From Candidatus Cloacimonadales bacterium (GTDB lineage Bacteria > Cloacimonadota > Cloacimonadia > Cloacimonadales > JAIOQZ01): a DNA stretch of 64,000 nt. The notes beneath the pieces are model-generated. The model saw only the letters and a program-made list of their open reading frames with translations. It was not told where the DNA came from and did not search any database. The stretch spans positions 2,285,949 through 2,349,948 of the forward strand of contig OY762463.1 in NCBI GenBank assembly GCA_963665815.1. Direction: 5' to 3'. This document shows, in pieces, positions 17,794-26,599 of the stretch (position 1 is its first letter; every line of letters begins with the position of its first letter). The translations under genes and the position numbers were made by a program.

Positions 17794-18777
17794 CTATAGC
17801 TTGTATTCATTTACAAAATCTTCATTAACATTCTCAACTATGATGGCATTGTTAAGAGCATAGTTCTGACCGTATCGTACTTCAGCAGATTTAACATCTT
17901 TATTCGTGTAATAAAGCACTAATCTCGCTGCAAGTTCGATTTCAGGTTTTGATACTACTCCGAGATGAAAGATCACTCCGATTGGTCCACGCATATTCGG
18001 CACCTTAAGAACAGGTTCTGTAGTAACTTTATCAGCCATAATCTTGATGTCACGAGATGTTTTGCCGATAACCACTTTCATGTTCTCATTGATCCTGAAG
18101 TGTCTTCCCAGACGCAGAAACGATGCATTGACCGGATCAAGCATATTGTTCTCACGCAGATCAACCAGCTTTGATTTCAGCCCTGTTTCCGTGAGAAGAC
18201 AACCACCACCCGGATTAGAATACTCTTCTATGCCAAGCTCATCTGCAAGTTCCATCTGACGTTTTCTGCTGCGTCCCTGAATATCCAGCATTTCTTCTTT
18301 ATTCACCCAGCCTTCTCTGACAGGCAATGTATCTGCTATAAGCCTTTGGCATAAAGGCCTTACAATCAAATCTGCCACACCGCTGATTTTCTTTACTGCA
18401 TTCATGGCATCAGCTCTCTGAGACATTGGTCTTTGTCCCAAAACTTCTCCGGATATAAGAAACTGAGCATCATATTCCTTCAGCAGTTCACCTGCTTTAC
18501 GGAACATGATTCCATGACAGTCGATGCATGGATTAAGACTTTTGCCAAATCCATATCTGGGATTTTTCATCATTTCGAGATGTTCGTCGGTAAGGTCTAT
18601 TACTTCAACTCTGATTCCGGCATGCTGCGCAGCTTCTTTCGCCTTTTTTGGTCCGAAAAAAGGTGTTTTAAAAAATATGGGTATAACTCTATATCCGAGT
18701 TTCTGCATATATTTAACGCTCAAAACACTGTCCAGTCCACCGGAAAATAATGCCAGAGCAGAATATTCTCTTTTCAT
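17794..18777 (-). CDS. PP-loop ATP pyrophosphatase family protein (MnmA/ThiI-like, probable tRNA thiolation enzyme)
   Basis: The N-terminal ALALFSGGLDSVLS PP-loop, NPCIDCH cysteine pair and GGGCLLT motif support the family. The exact subfamily is not recognised. Confidence 0.55.
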   Translation of the reverse strand: MKREYSALALFSGGLDSVLSVKYMQKLGYRVIPIFFKTPFFGPKKAKEAAQHAGIRVEVIDLTDEHLEMMKNPRYGFGKSLNPCIDCHGIMFRKAGELLKEYDAQFLISGEVLGQRPMSQRADAMNAVKKISGVADLIVRPLCQRLIADTLPVREGWVNKEEMLDIQGRSRKRQMELADELGIEEYSNPGGGCLLTETGLKSKLVDLRENNMLDPVNASFLRLGRHFRINENMKVVIGKTSRDIKIMADKVTTEPVLKVPNMRGPIGVIFHLGVVSKPEIELAARLVLYYTNKDVKSAEVRYGQNYALNNAIIVENVNEDFVNEYKL

Positions 18778-19098
18778 ACTCTTCCTTTCACTATCAATTA
18801 GAGATCTTTGTTTCTCTCAATTTTACAGAGTAATTAAACTTGTAAATGTTAATAATGTCAAGTATGAATAATGCTCATATTTTGAGTCGTATCGACACTG
18901 ACAGCATTTTCTTAAATATGTTAATTCCAGATAAAATGTTCTACAATTGTTTATTAATGACAGATATGTCTACATTTAATAATCCTTAATAAATAATGGT
19001 CATCCTGATTTATTCGGATTATTACAATGATGAACTGTACCTTTTTGTATTTACATTATTATCTTGCTATATTGATATTATTTTATTTTTTTTGCATT

Positions 19099-19665
19099 AT
19101 GACTGAAATGATTGAAATAATTCTTATCGCAATTGGGCTGGCTATGGACGCTTTTGCAGTGTCAATAAGCTGTGGAGCCGGATTCAAATGTTTTGACCTG
19201 AAATATGCTCTGAAGATAGCATTTCTTTTTGGTTTATTCCAGGCTGTTATGCCTTTAGCCGGCTGGCTTCTGGGATCTACCTTTATAGGCTGGTTTATCG
19301 GCTACACACACTGGGTTGCATTCGGACTGCTGTTCCTTATCGGGATGAAAATGCTGATAGATGCAGTTAAGGAACTCAGGAGTAAAGAGGAAAAACCCGA
19401 GTTCTGCTATCCTAAAAAACTGTCTGTGCTGCTTGGGCTGGCATTAGCCACAAGTATAGATGCTTTTGCTGTCGGACTCAGCTTTTCCATGCTTAAAATG
19501 ACAATTATGTCTGCTGTCATTATCATTGGAGTAATAACTTTTATTTTGTCTTTCGCAGGTAAATATATAGGATATAAGATAGGACATATCTTTGAAGATA
19601 AGGTCGAAATAGTGGGAGCTTTGATTCTCATTGGAATAAGTATAAAAATAATAATTATGAGGTAA
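19099..19665 (+). CDS. mntP: Manganese efflux pump MntP (DUF204)
   Basis: Duplicated GLAMDAFAVS / ATSIDAFAVG motifs in a 6-TM protein. The ATG at 19099 is preferred to the upstream ATG at 19027, which only adds an unalignable hydrophobic extension. Confidence 0.8.
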   Translation: MTEMIEIILIAIGLAMDAFAVSISCGAGFKCFDLKYALKIAFLFGLFQAVMPLAGWLLGSTFIGWFIGYTHWVAFGLLFLIGMKMLIDAVKELRSKEEKPEFCYPKKLSVLLGLALATSIDAFAVGLSFSMLKMTIMSAVIIIGVITFILSFAGKYIGYKIGHIFEDKVEIVGALILIGISIKIIIMR

Positions 19666-19668
19666 TTC

Positions 19669-20475
19669 ATGGATAAATACAATGTTCTTTTTGCATTTGG
19701 ACTGACACTTTTTGCCGGACTTGCTACCGGTATTGGGAGTGCACTGGCATTTTTTGCAAAAAAAACTAATACAAAATTTCTTTCCACTGCTCTTGGTTTT
19801 TCTGCCGGAGTTATGATTTATGTATCATTTATTGAGATTTTCGTCAAAGCAAAAGATGCGCTCTCTGCATCACTGGGAGCAACAAAAGGATACTGGTATA
19901 CAACACTGGCGTTCTTTGGAGGTATGCTTTTTATTGCATTGATAGATAAATTAGTACCTGATTTTGAAAACCCTCACGAAATCCATGGTGTGGAAGAAAT
20001 GGATAAGAAACGTGATAAAAAAGGCAGCCTGCTTAGAATGGGTATGTTTTCTGCATTAGCAATTGCTATTCATAACTTTCCGGAAGGTCTGGCAACTTTT
20101 TCTGCTGCCCTCAAAGAACCTTCACTTGGTATTGGTATTGCCGTTGCGATTGCTATTCACAATATACCGGAAGGTATAGCTGTTTCAATTCCTATTTATT
20201 ATTCAACCGGAAGCAGAAAGAAGGCTTTTGTCTATTCATTCCTTTCGGGGCTTTCCGAACCTGTTGGAGCTCTGGTCGGATTCATACTGTTAAAAGCATT
20301 CTTCAACGATATAGTATTTGGTTTATTGTTCGCCGGAGTAGCAGGGATTATGGTATTTATATCTCTTGATGAGCTTCTGCCTACAGCTCATAAATACGGA
20401 GAACACCATCTGGCAATCTACGGACTTGTGGGAGGAATGGCAGTCATGGCTTTAAGCCTGCTGATGTTTGCATAG
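19669..20475 (+). CDS. zupT: ZIP-family zinc transporter ZupT
   Basis: HNFPEGLA and HNIPEGIAV motifs in a 268-aa polytopic protein. Starts 4 nt after the mntP stop. Confidence 0.85.
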   Translation: MDKYNVLFAFGLTLFAGLATGIGSALAFFAKKTNTKFLSTALGFSAGVMIYVSFIEIFVKAKDALSASLGATKGYWYTTLAFFGGMLFIALIDKLVPDFENPHEIHGVEEMDKKRDKKGSLLRMGMFSALAIAIHNFPEGLATFSAALKEPSLGIGIAVAIAIHNIPEGIAVSIPIYYSTGSRKKAFVYSFLSGLSEPVGALVGFILLKAFFNDIVFGLLFAGVAGIMVFISLDELLPTAHKYGEHHLAIYGLVGGMAVMALSLLMFA

Positions 20476-20817
20476 GTTAGTACAGGAAAAGCAGTTGATA
20501 TAGTTTACTGGAGTTTATACCGTAGCTTTTCCCGGTTCTTTGGAACTCAGGGAACTTATATATCTAACATTTTTCAGTAGGTTAAGCCGGTTGAGTCCCG
20601 ATGAAGTCGGGAAAGAAAAATGTTTCAACACAGCAGATAAACACCCATAGTTCCTGTCAAATCGAGAAGGAATACTGTAGACAGCTAAACTGCAACAATA
20701 CCAGTATTACATCTTTATAAGAAAAATAAAATGCTTTACTTTTTTGAAAGCACAAAAGAGATAAGGTCAAGAACTGACAGATATGAGATGCAGATAAGAA
20801 GATATTAGGGAGGACAT

Positions 20818-22743
20818 TTGAAAAACTACGTTTATGCCGGATTCTGGAGAAGGATACTGGCGTTTAAAATTGATGCAATCATAGCATTAATAATCTCATT
20901 AGTAATTATCAGATTGGTATATCTAAAAACCTATTATGCGTTGTTAGCTCAATACCCCAATTATTATTTCTTTCTGATCATTCCTTTTTTTGTAGTGCCA
21001 TGGTCGTACTTTATCTTTTTTCAAAGGTTTGCCGGAGCAACCCCAGGAGGACTCATAACAAAGTTAAGAGTTTTAAACTCAGAAACTGGAATGAAGCAAA
21101 GTATAGCTATGCTGTTTCTCAGACAGCTTATATTCTGGTTCATATATCCTTGTTCAATTTCAGTATTCTATGACTCAAGAAAACAGGGACTTCATGATAA
21201 ACTATCTAAAACAATTGTAGTGATGAAGTCTAATAAACCAAATGTTTACTATCTTTCATTTCCTACTCATCAAGAAGCAAAAGACAATAGATTATCTTAC
21301 TTGACGAACATAATAGCAATAGTAATGGTTATAGTCAATTTACTTTATTTCTACTGGATTAACCATGATGACAGACTGTTGCCTGGAGCTCAATTCTGGT
21401 TAGCAAAAGAGGAATCTACCTTAATGCCAGCCGAAGACAATTTATTATACTATTTGGTTGGATTCGGGAAGACAAATGATGATAATTCATTTGAAACAGG
21501 AAAAAAAATCGTAAGAAATAATTTAATTTTGAGTGAATTAAAAATACAGCATACACGAAAAATGGTAAGAGAAATGAATAGTTATGGTTTCCCTCCTACT
21601 ACTCCCGACAGTCTTAGGAACCTGGAATCCATATTAAAGGGAGATGCATTCCTCGACAAAATAAATGGGTTTGATGAAAAAAGTATAGAGTTTGTTAAAC
21701 GAAACAAGGGCTTCTTCAATCAAAAACTTCTATGGTTCTCAGAGCTTAAACATCAAACAGAAATTATCATATCCAAAAATATTTATTATGATGATATTCT
21801 GCAATATGATGCTCTAAGTTTCCAACCTTATCATGATTTTCATATTTATATAAGACTTCGGCTTATAAGCTATCTTACAGACGAAGGTATACAAACAAGT
21901 GAGATTTTATCATTCCTTGAGGATTTACAAAGAATCTACACATTAATTATTGTGAATACAAGAGATCTTTATACTACTAGATATACAACTTTTGCATATC
22001 AAAATGTCATCAGATTTTACGGTTTACTTCTGGATTCTGATTCAGTTAGTAAAAAGCAATTGAATGATTCTATATTTAATCTAAGAACACCAACATTAGA
22101 TTATGAGAATTATGAAACAAAAATCAGACACGAATTCAGAAATAAAATATTTGAATTGCTTTCTTATATGTGTGGAAGTGATGCAATATTTAAGCGTGAA
22201 AGATTATATGTAACTGAAAAAGAACTCAACTCATTGAATTGGTCAAAGTTCAAACCAAATAAAACAATAAATGTATATTATAGAAACTTCTCGAATATAC
22301 TCAAAGGCAAAATTAATGATGATTCTGATATTGTTAAGTTACCATTTACATTCTTAAGCCGATTAAACAATATAGTTGGAATAGCCGGTACCAATTCTTC
22401 ATATTATAATGTACATGATTTGAGAAATACAGAGAATACCTTGTTAAATCTGCAAAGCATGAGCAACCTCCTTAAGCTGAAAGCCATGATATACAGAGAC
22501 CATGTAAAAGAGGAAAACATTCAGGAATTCCTGAACACTCATGCTGATTCATTATATGATGTGCTTACAAGAGAGCCAATGAAATGGAATTCTGATGAAC
22601 AGGAAATCTACTTTGGTGAGAAAACAGAAACACCAGAGGAGTATGAAGCTTACCTTAAAATGGAACGTGATGAAAAGAAAAACAGACGTTTTAGAACATC
22701 GCGACATGAAAACCCGGATGCTTTGAAACTATATTTTAATTAG
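20818..22743 (+). CDS. RDD-domain membrane protein fused to a large uncharacterised domain (paralog 1 of 4)
   Basis: TTG start 6 nt after GGGAGG; the paralogs have ATG at the same position. KNYVYAGFWRRILA...GGLITKLRV...DSRKQGLHDKLSKTIVV is an RDD domain. It is followed by one more TM and about 450 aa with no domain I recognise. Confidence 0.8.
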   Translation: MKNYVYAGFWRRILAFKIDAIIALIISLVIIRLVYLKTYYALLAQYPNYYFFLIIPFFVVPWSYFIFFQRFAGATPGGLITKLRVLNSETGMKQSIAMLFLRQLIFWFIYPCSISVFYDSRKQGLHDKLSKTIVVMKSNKPNVYYLSFPTHQEAKDNRLSYLTNIIAIVMVIVNLLYFYWINHDDRLLPGAQFWLAKEESTLMPAEDNLLYYLVGFGKTNDDNSFETGKKIVRNNLILSELKIQHTRKMVREMNSYGFPPTTPDSLRNLESILKGDAFLDKINGFDEKSIEFVKRNKGFFNQKLLWFSELKHQTEIIISKNIYYDDILQYDALSFQPYHDFHIYIRLRLISYLTDEGIQTSEILSFLEDLQRIYTLIIVNTRDLYTTRYTTFAYQNVIRFYGLLLDSDSVSKKQLNDSIFNLRTPTLDYENYETKIRHEFRNKIFELLSYMCGSDAIFKRERLYVTEKELNSLNWSKFKPNKTINVYYRNFSNILKGKINDDSDIVKLPFTFLSRLNNIVGIAGTNSSYYNVHDLRNTENTLLNLQSMSNLLKLKAMIYRDHVKEENIQEFLNTHADSLYDVLTREPMKWNSDEQEIYFGEKTETPEEYEAYLKMERDEKKNRRFRTSRHENPDALKLYFN

Positions 22744-22783
22744 GAAGGATATAATGAAAAACTACGTTTATGCCGGATTCTGG
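22465..22783. repeat. Direct repeat (copy 1): 3' end of RDD gene 1 + spacer + 5' end of gene 2
   Basis: 319 bp matches 24407..24725 at an offset of 1942 bp. The last 191 bp (22593..22783) are identical. Confidence 0.9.
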
Positions 22784-24685
22784 AGAAGGACATTAGCTGT
22801 TTTAATCAATATGGTTATTGCAATGATTTTTCATGCCGTTTTTTTGAATTTCGATACATATATTTCTATTGCTGGACAAAGACCAATTCTGGTGGATGTT
22901 TTAAATATTGCCCTAATGTTCTTTTCATGTATTGTGTCTGTTCTGATGCTGCGTTTTCTGGGAGCAGATATTGGCGGATTGATTCTCAAGATGAGAGTTG
23001 TGAATGCTGAAACAGGCAATCACCAATCTGTAAAGAACCTGATTATCAGGTTTTTCATGCAGTACTTCAATTTCCTCAGTTTTGTTTCCATATTTTACGA
23101 TTCCAGAAAGCAAGGTTGGCATGACAAGGTTTCTTCATCTCTGGTTGTAGTGAAGTCCGGCAATGAACAGGAATACAGAATTGAGTTCCCTACATTTTCA
23201 ACGGATAAGGATAGAAAATTCAACTTCTTGATTTATATTTTTACAATACTATTTGCTCTCGTCAATACTGCATTTTTAACAATCAGCCTGCATGAAGATT
23301 CTTTATTACCGGAAGCTGCTGCATGGATAGGTGAACACATGGAGAAAGAAGAAAATCCTGAGGATAATGGATTCTACTATCTAATTGGCTTTGGAATGAC
23401 TACTGATGTAAACCAGTTTGAGAAAGGGTATCAAATAGTTCAGGAAATAAATAAAAAATCACTGGAAACTAGAGAAAAAGTAAGAAATAGACTTATGGGA
23501 AAGGGACCTAATCCATTTTCCGTATTTCCGAAAAGACAAAAGGAAGAGACATTTTTCCTCGAAGAAGATGAACTTGTGAAACACTTATGCAAGGTAAAAT
23601 ATGATACTACTATGTTAGATTCTACTAGAAAATACAAGAAAGATTTAAGTCGTATACTGAACAAATTCGAGTCTTTAGATTCTCAGATAACTAGAATTAC
23701 GGATCAGAAAACCTTTATTAATACTGAATGGCCTAACTGGGAATATACTACTCACAAGAGCTTGATATTACTTTCGAATTATCTTGAGTTGAAGATTATG
23801 TTAAGATTAAGTGAGTTTGATAAAGATAATACGTCCCTTTTTGAAACCCTGGATATAGTTGATGAAACCGGGAGATACATTCTGAAAAACTCAAGCAATG
23901 AGTATCATTGTTTGGTATCCGGTATAATTGTAAGGTATAAATCACTTGTTCTTGAATTATTGTTAGATTCATACAGAAATTCTTCGGCTATAATCAATCA
24001 AATTCTGGAAATGGAAAACCTTACTGATGATCATGTAAATTTGCAAAATATTGCCAAAAGGATATTTTTAGAAAAAGTTAGTTCAGCTTTCCTACCTGTA
24101 AACGGTAAAAATGAGATATTCCTTCGTGATGAATTTTTCATGAGACAAAACGAAGTCTCCACATTTTACTGTAGATTTTTTAAGCCAAACAAATACATTA
24201 ACAGTGAATATAAATATTATAGCTTATTATGCAATTTACATTTAAAAAATGGAGAAGAAATTGAGAACTTTAATGCTGATAGTATACTGATTAAAAAGAG
24301 TGACTTCAACCTTCTGAATAATCCTGTAAGTGTTGCTTATCATGAAAATAAAAGGACACTTAATGTTACAGTATTAAATATATTGAAAAAGGAAATGAAT
24401 CGGATTAACCTCCTGAAACTGAAAGCCATGATATACAGAGACCATGTAAAAGAAGAAAACATTCAGGAATTCCTGAACGCTCATGCTGATTCATTGTATG
24501 ATGTGCTAACAAGAGAACCAATGAAATGGAATTATGATGAACAGGAAATCTACTTTGGTGAGAAAACAGAAACACCAGAGGAGTATGAAGCTTACCTTAA
24601 AATGGAACGTGATGAAAAGAAAAACAGACGTTTTAGAACATCGCGACATGAAAACCCGGATGCTTTGAAACTATATTTTAATTAG
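22754..24685 (+). CDS. RDD-domain membrane protein fused to a large uncharacterised domain (paralog 2 of 4)
   Basis: Same architecture as paralog 1. The C-terminal 90 aa are almost identical to paralog 1. Confidence 0.8.
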   Translation: MKNYVYAGFWRRTLAVLINMVIAMIFHAVFLNFDTYISIAGQRPILVDVLNIALMFFSCIVSVLMLRFLGADIGGLILKMRVVNAETGNHQSVKNLIIRFFMQYFNFLSFVSIFYDSRKQGWHDKVSSSLVVVKSGNEQEYRIEFPTFSTDKDRKFNFLIYIFTILFALVNTAFLTISLHEDSLLPEAAAWIGEHMEKEENPEDNGFYYLIGFGMTTDVNQFEKGYQIVQEINKKSLETREKVRNRLMGKGPNPFSVFPKRQKEETFFLEEDELVKHLCKVKYDTTMLDSTRKYKKDLSRILNKFESLDSQITRITDQKTFINTEWPNWEYTTHKSLILLSNYLELKIMLRLSEFDKDNTSLFETLDIVDETGRYILKNSSNEYHCLVSGIIVRYKSLVLELLLDSYRNSSAIINQILEMENLTDDHVNLQNIAKRIFLEKVSSAFLPVNGKNEIFLRDEFFMRQNEVSTFYCRFFKPNKYINSEYKYYSLLCNLHLKNGEEIENFNADSILIKKSDFNLLNNPVSVAYHENKRTLNVTVLNILKKEMNRINLLKLKAMIYRDHVKEENIQEFLNAHADSLYDVLTREPMKWNYDEQEIYFGEKTETPEEYEAYLKMERDEKKNRRFRTSRHENPDALKLYFN

Positions 24686-24725
24686 GAAGGATATAATGAA
24701 AAACTACGTTTATGCCGGATTCTGG
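24407..24725. repeat. Direct repeat (copy 2): 3' end of RDD gene 2 + spacer + 5' end of gene 3
   Basis: See copy 1. 24535..24725 is identical to 22593..22783. Confidence 0.9.
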
Positions 24726-26585
24726 GACAGATTTATAATGTATTTGTTCGATGTAATGATTATTGCAGGGATTAACTATCTGTTTTCTATCGTGTTCAAG
24801 GTAAATAACGGTTTTATGTATCAACCCGGTACTATTGCTGCTTTTTATGCAAAATTTTATGTTATATTCCCCGTAATCTATTTCCCTGTTATGTGGATTC
24901 TATTCGGTGGTTCTATTGCATATCTTTTCAGACAGATTAAAATAGTTGATGCCAGAACCGGGGAGAAACCACCTTTCTGGAAAATGATTATCAGATATAT
25001 CACATTCCCAATATCAATACCGCTTTTAGGTCTTGGAGTGCTCTGGATGCTCTGGGATTCCCACAACCAAACCTGGCATGATAAGTTTTCCGGAACAATT
25101 GTGGTTAAGAGAAAAACTTTTAAACGAAAAGATCTTACTGTAGAGAACATAGAAAATCTGGTCGATGAGCAGAAAACAACTTTTCCACTTCCTCCTGCTC
25201 CAAGAGATAAAACTTTATGGAAGGTTGGAATTGTTTTTGCAGTAATATCACTCTTTGCCTGTGCAGGTATATCCTACATATTAAACTATGACGAAGAATT
25301 ATCTTCCAGTGCCGGTGAATGGCTGTATGAGGAGCCTTTTGTAGAAACTGATCCTCAGGATAACGCTTATTATTATTTAGTTGGATTTGAAGCTTCAAAA
25401 GACCAGAGTGCTTTTAATGCCGGATTTGATTTTGTGAATAATGAAAATGATATTGTATCTGGGAGAGCTAAAAGATCTCAATTCCCTGATGAAAATTCGA
25501 TTATAAAAATCTCCCCTATTGATGAAGGTAATTTTGGTCAGGATGCTTATGATGCTCTGAAAAATCCTGAAATATTCCAAAAGTTTATGAGCAAAAACAG
25601 AGATAAACTTAACTCCTATTTCAGTGATAATACTGTCCTCATAAATAGACTTAATCGAATTTCAGCCAAGTTGGAAAAAGGTTATTATAAAGAAACCATC
25701 ATCGACGAGGCTTCTGTTAAAATACCGGTACTCGTTACATACATAACCACGATAAGATTTTTACTCACCATTTATGCGGATGATTATGTACATTCTGACA
25801 AAAAAGAAGCGTTAGAAAAGATCGCAGCTTTTAAGGATGACGGATTAACTCTTGTCCGTGAATCTCAATCCATCCTGACATATCTGATTTACAGGACAAC
25901 TGTGCTGCTTACTCTGGACACCTACAATCTCCTTCTTGAACTTGATCCGCAAAATAGCCGGTTACATCAGGAAATTAGTAATATATCACCTATCTCTCAG
26001 GAAGAGATGCCTATGCAGAAAATTGCAAAGCATGATTTCAGATATTATTCATCATATTATCTCAATATGTTTAATCCAAATAAAACAATCTACTCAAAAG
26101 ATAAATTTCACATCTCGGAAGATGATGTGGTTCATAGTAAATCAATAATCTTCAAACCTGGAATGACATTGAATCAGGAATACAAGTATTCCAGGAATAT
26201 GGAGGAGCTATCTTCAGTTCAGGGGAAAGACTTCTATAAGAATTTTGCTAGATTAAGTGCAATACACGAAAACACAGTATTTGACTATATCAGAAACCCT
26301 TTCGGCTCTGCAATTGTGAATATCGCCAGACCCAGTAACGGAGATTACTACATAACCAAACATGACATCAATGGAAGAATTACCTTATTGAAACTGAAAT
26401 CCGAAATATACAGTAAAAAAATTGCTGAATCTGATGTAGCTGATTTCATAGAAGCAAATAATACTGAATATTACAATCCATTTACATTAGTTCCAATAAA
26501 ATTCAATGAACAATCAAATGAAATATACTATCTTGGACCGGATGAGAATTTCAATCCAAGTCGAAAACTATCGTTATCATTTTAA
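24696..26585 (+). CDS. RDD-domain membrane protein fused to a large uncharacterised domain (paralog 3 of 4)
   Basis: Same architecture; N-terminus MKNYVYAGFWDRFIM, with WDSHNQTWHDKFSGTIVV. Confidence 0.8.
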   Translation: MKNYVYAGFWDRFIMYLFDVMIIAGINYLFSIVFKVNNGFMYQPGTIAAFYAKFYVIFPVIYFPVMWILFGGSIAYLFRQIKIVDARTGEKPPFWKMIIRYITFPISIPLLGLGVLWMLWDSHNQTWHDKFSGTIVVKRKTFKRKDLTVENIENLVDEQKTTFPLPPAPRDKTLWKVGIVFAVISLFACAGISYILNYDEELSSSAGEWLYEEPFVETDPQDNAYYYLVGFEASKDQSAFNAGFDFVNNENDIVSGRAKRSQFPDENSIIKISPIDEGNFGQDAYDALKNPEIFQKFMSKNRDKLNSYFSDNTVLINRLNRISAKLEKGYYKETIIDEASVKIPVLVTYITTIRFLLTIYADDYVHSDKKEALEKIAAFKDDGLTLVRESQSILTYLIYRTTVLLTLDTYNLLLELDPQNSRLHQEISNISPISQEEMPMQKIAKHDFRYYSSYYLNMFNPNKTIYSKDKFHISEDDVVHSKSIIFKPGMTLNQEYKYSRNMEELSSVQGKDFYKNFARLSAIHENTVFDYIRNPFGSAIVNIARPSNGDYYITKHDINGRITLLKLKSEIYSKKIAESDVADFIEANNTEYYNPFTLVPIKFNEQSNEIYYLGPDENFNPSRKLSLSF

Positions 26586-26599
26586 ATAGGGATTTGTTA

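Noticed and set aside
18778-19098. yybP-ykoY manganese riboswitch upstream of mntP.
   Set aside because: None of the conserved core sequences is recognisable by eye. It is listed only as something to test with a covariance model.
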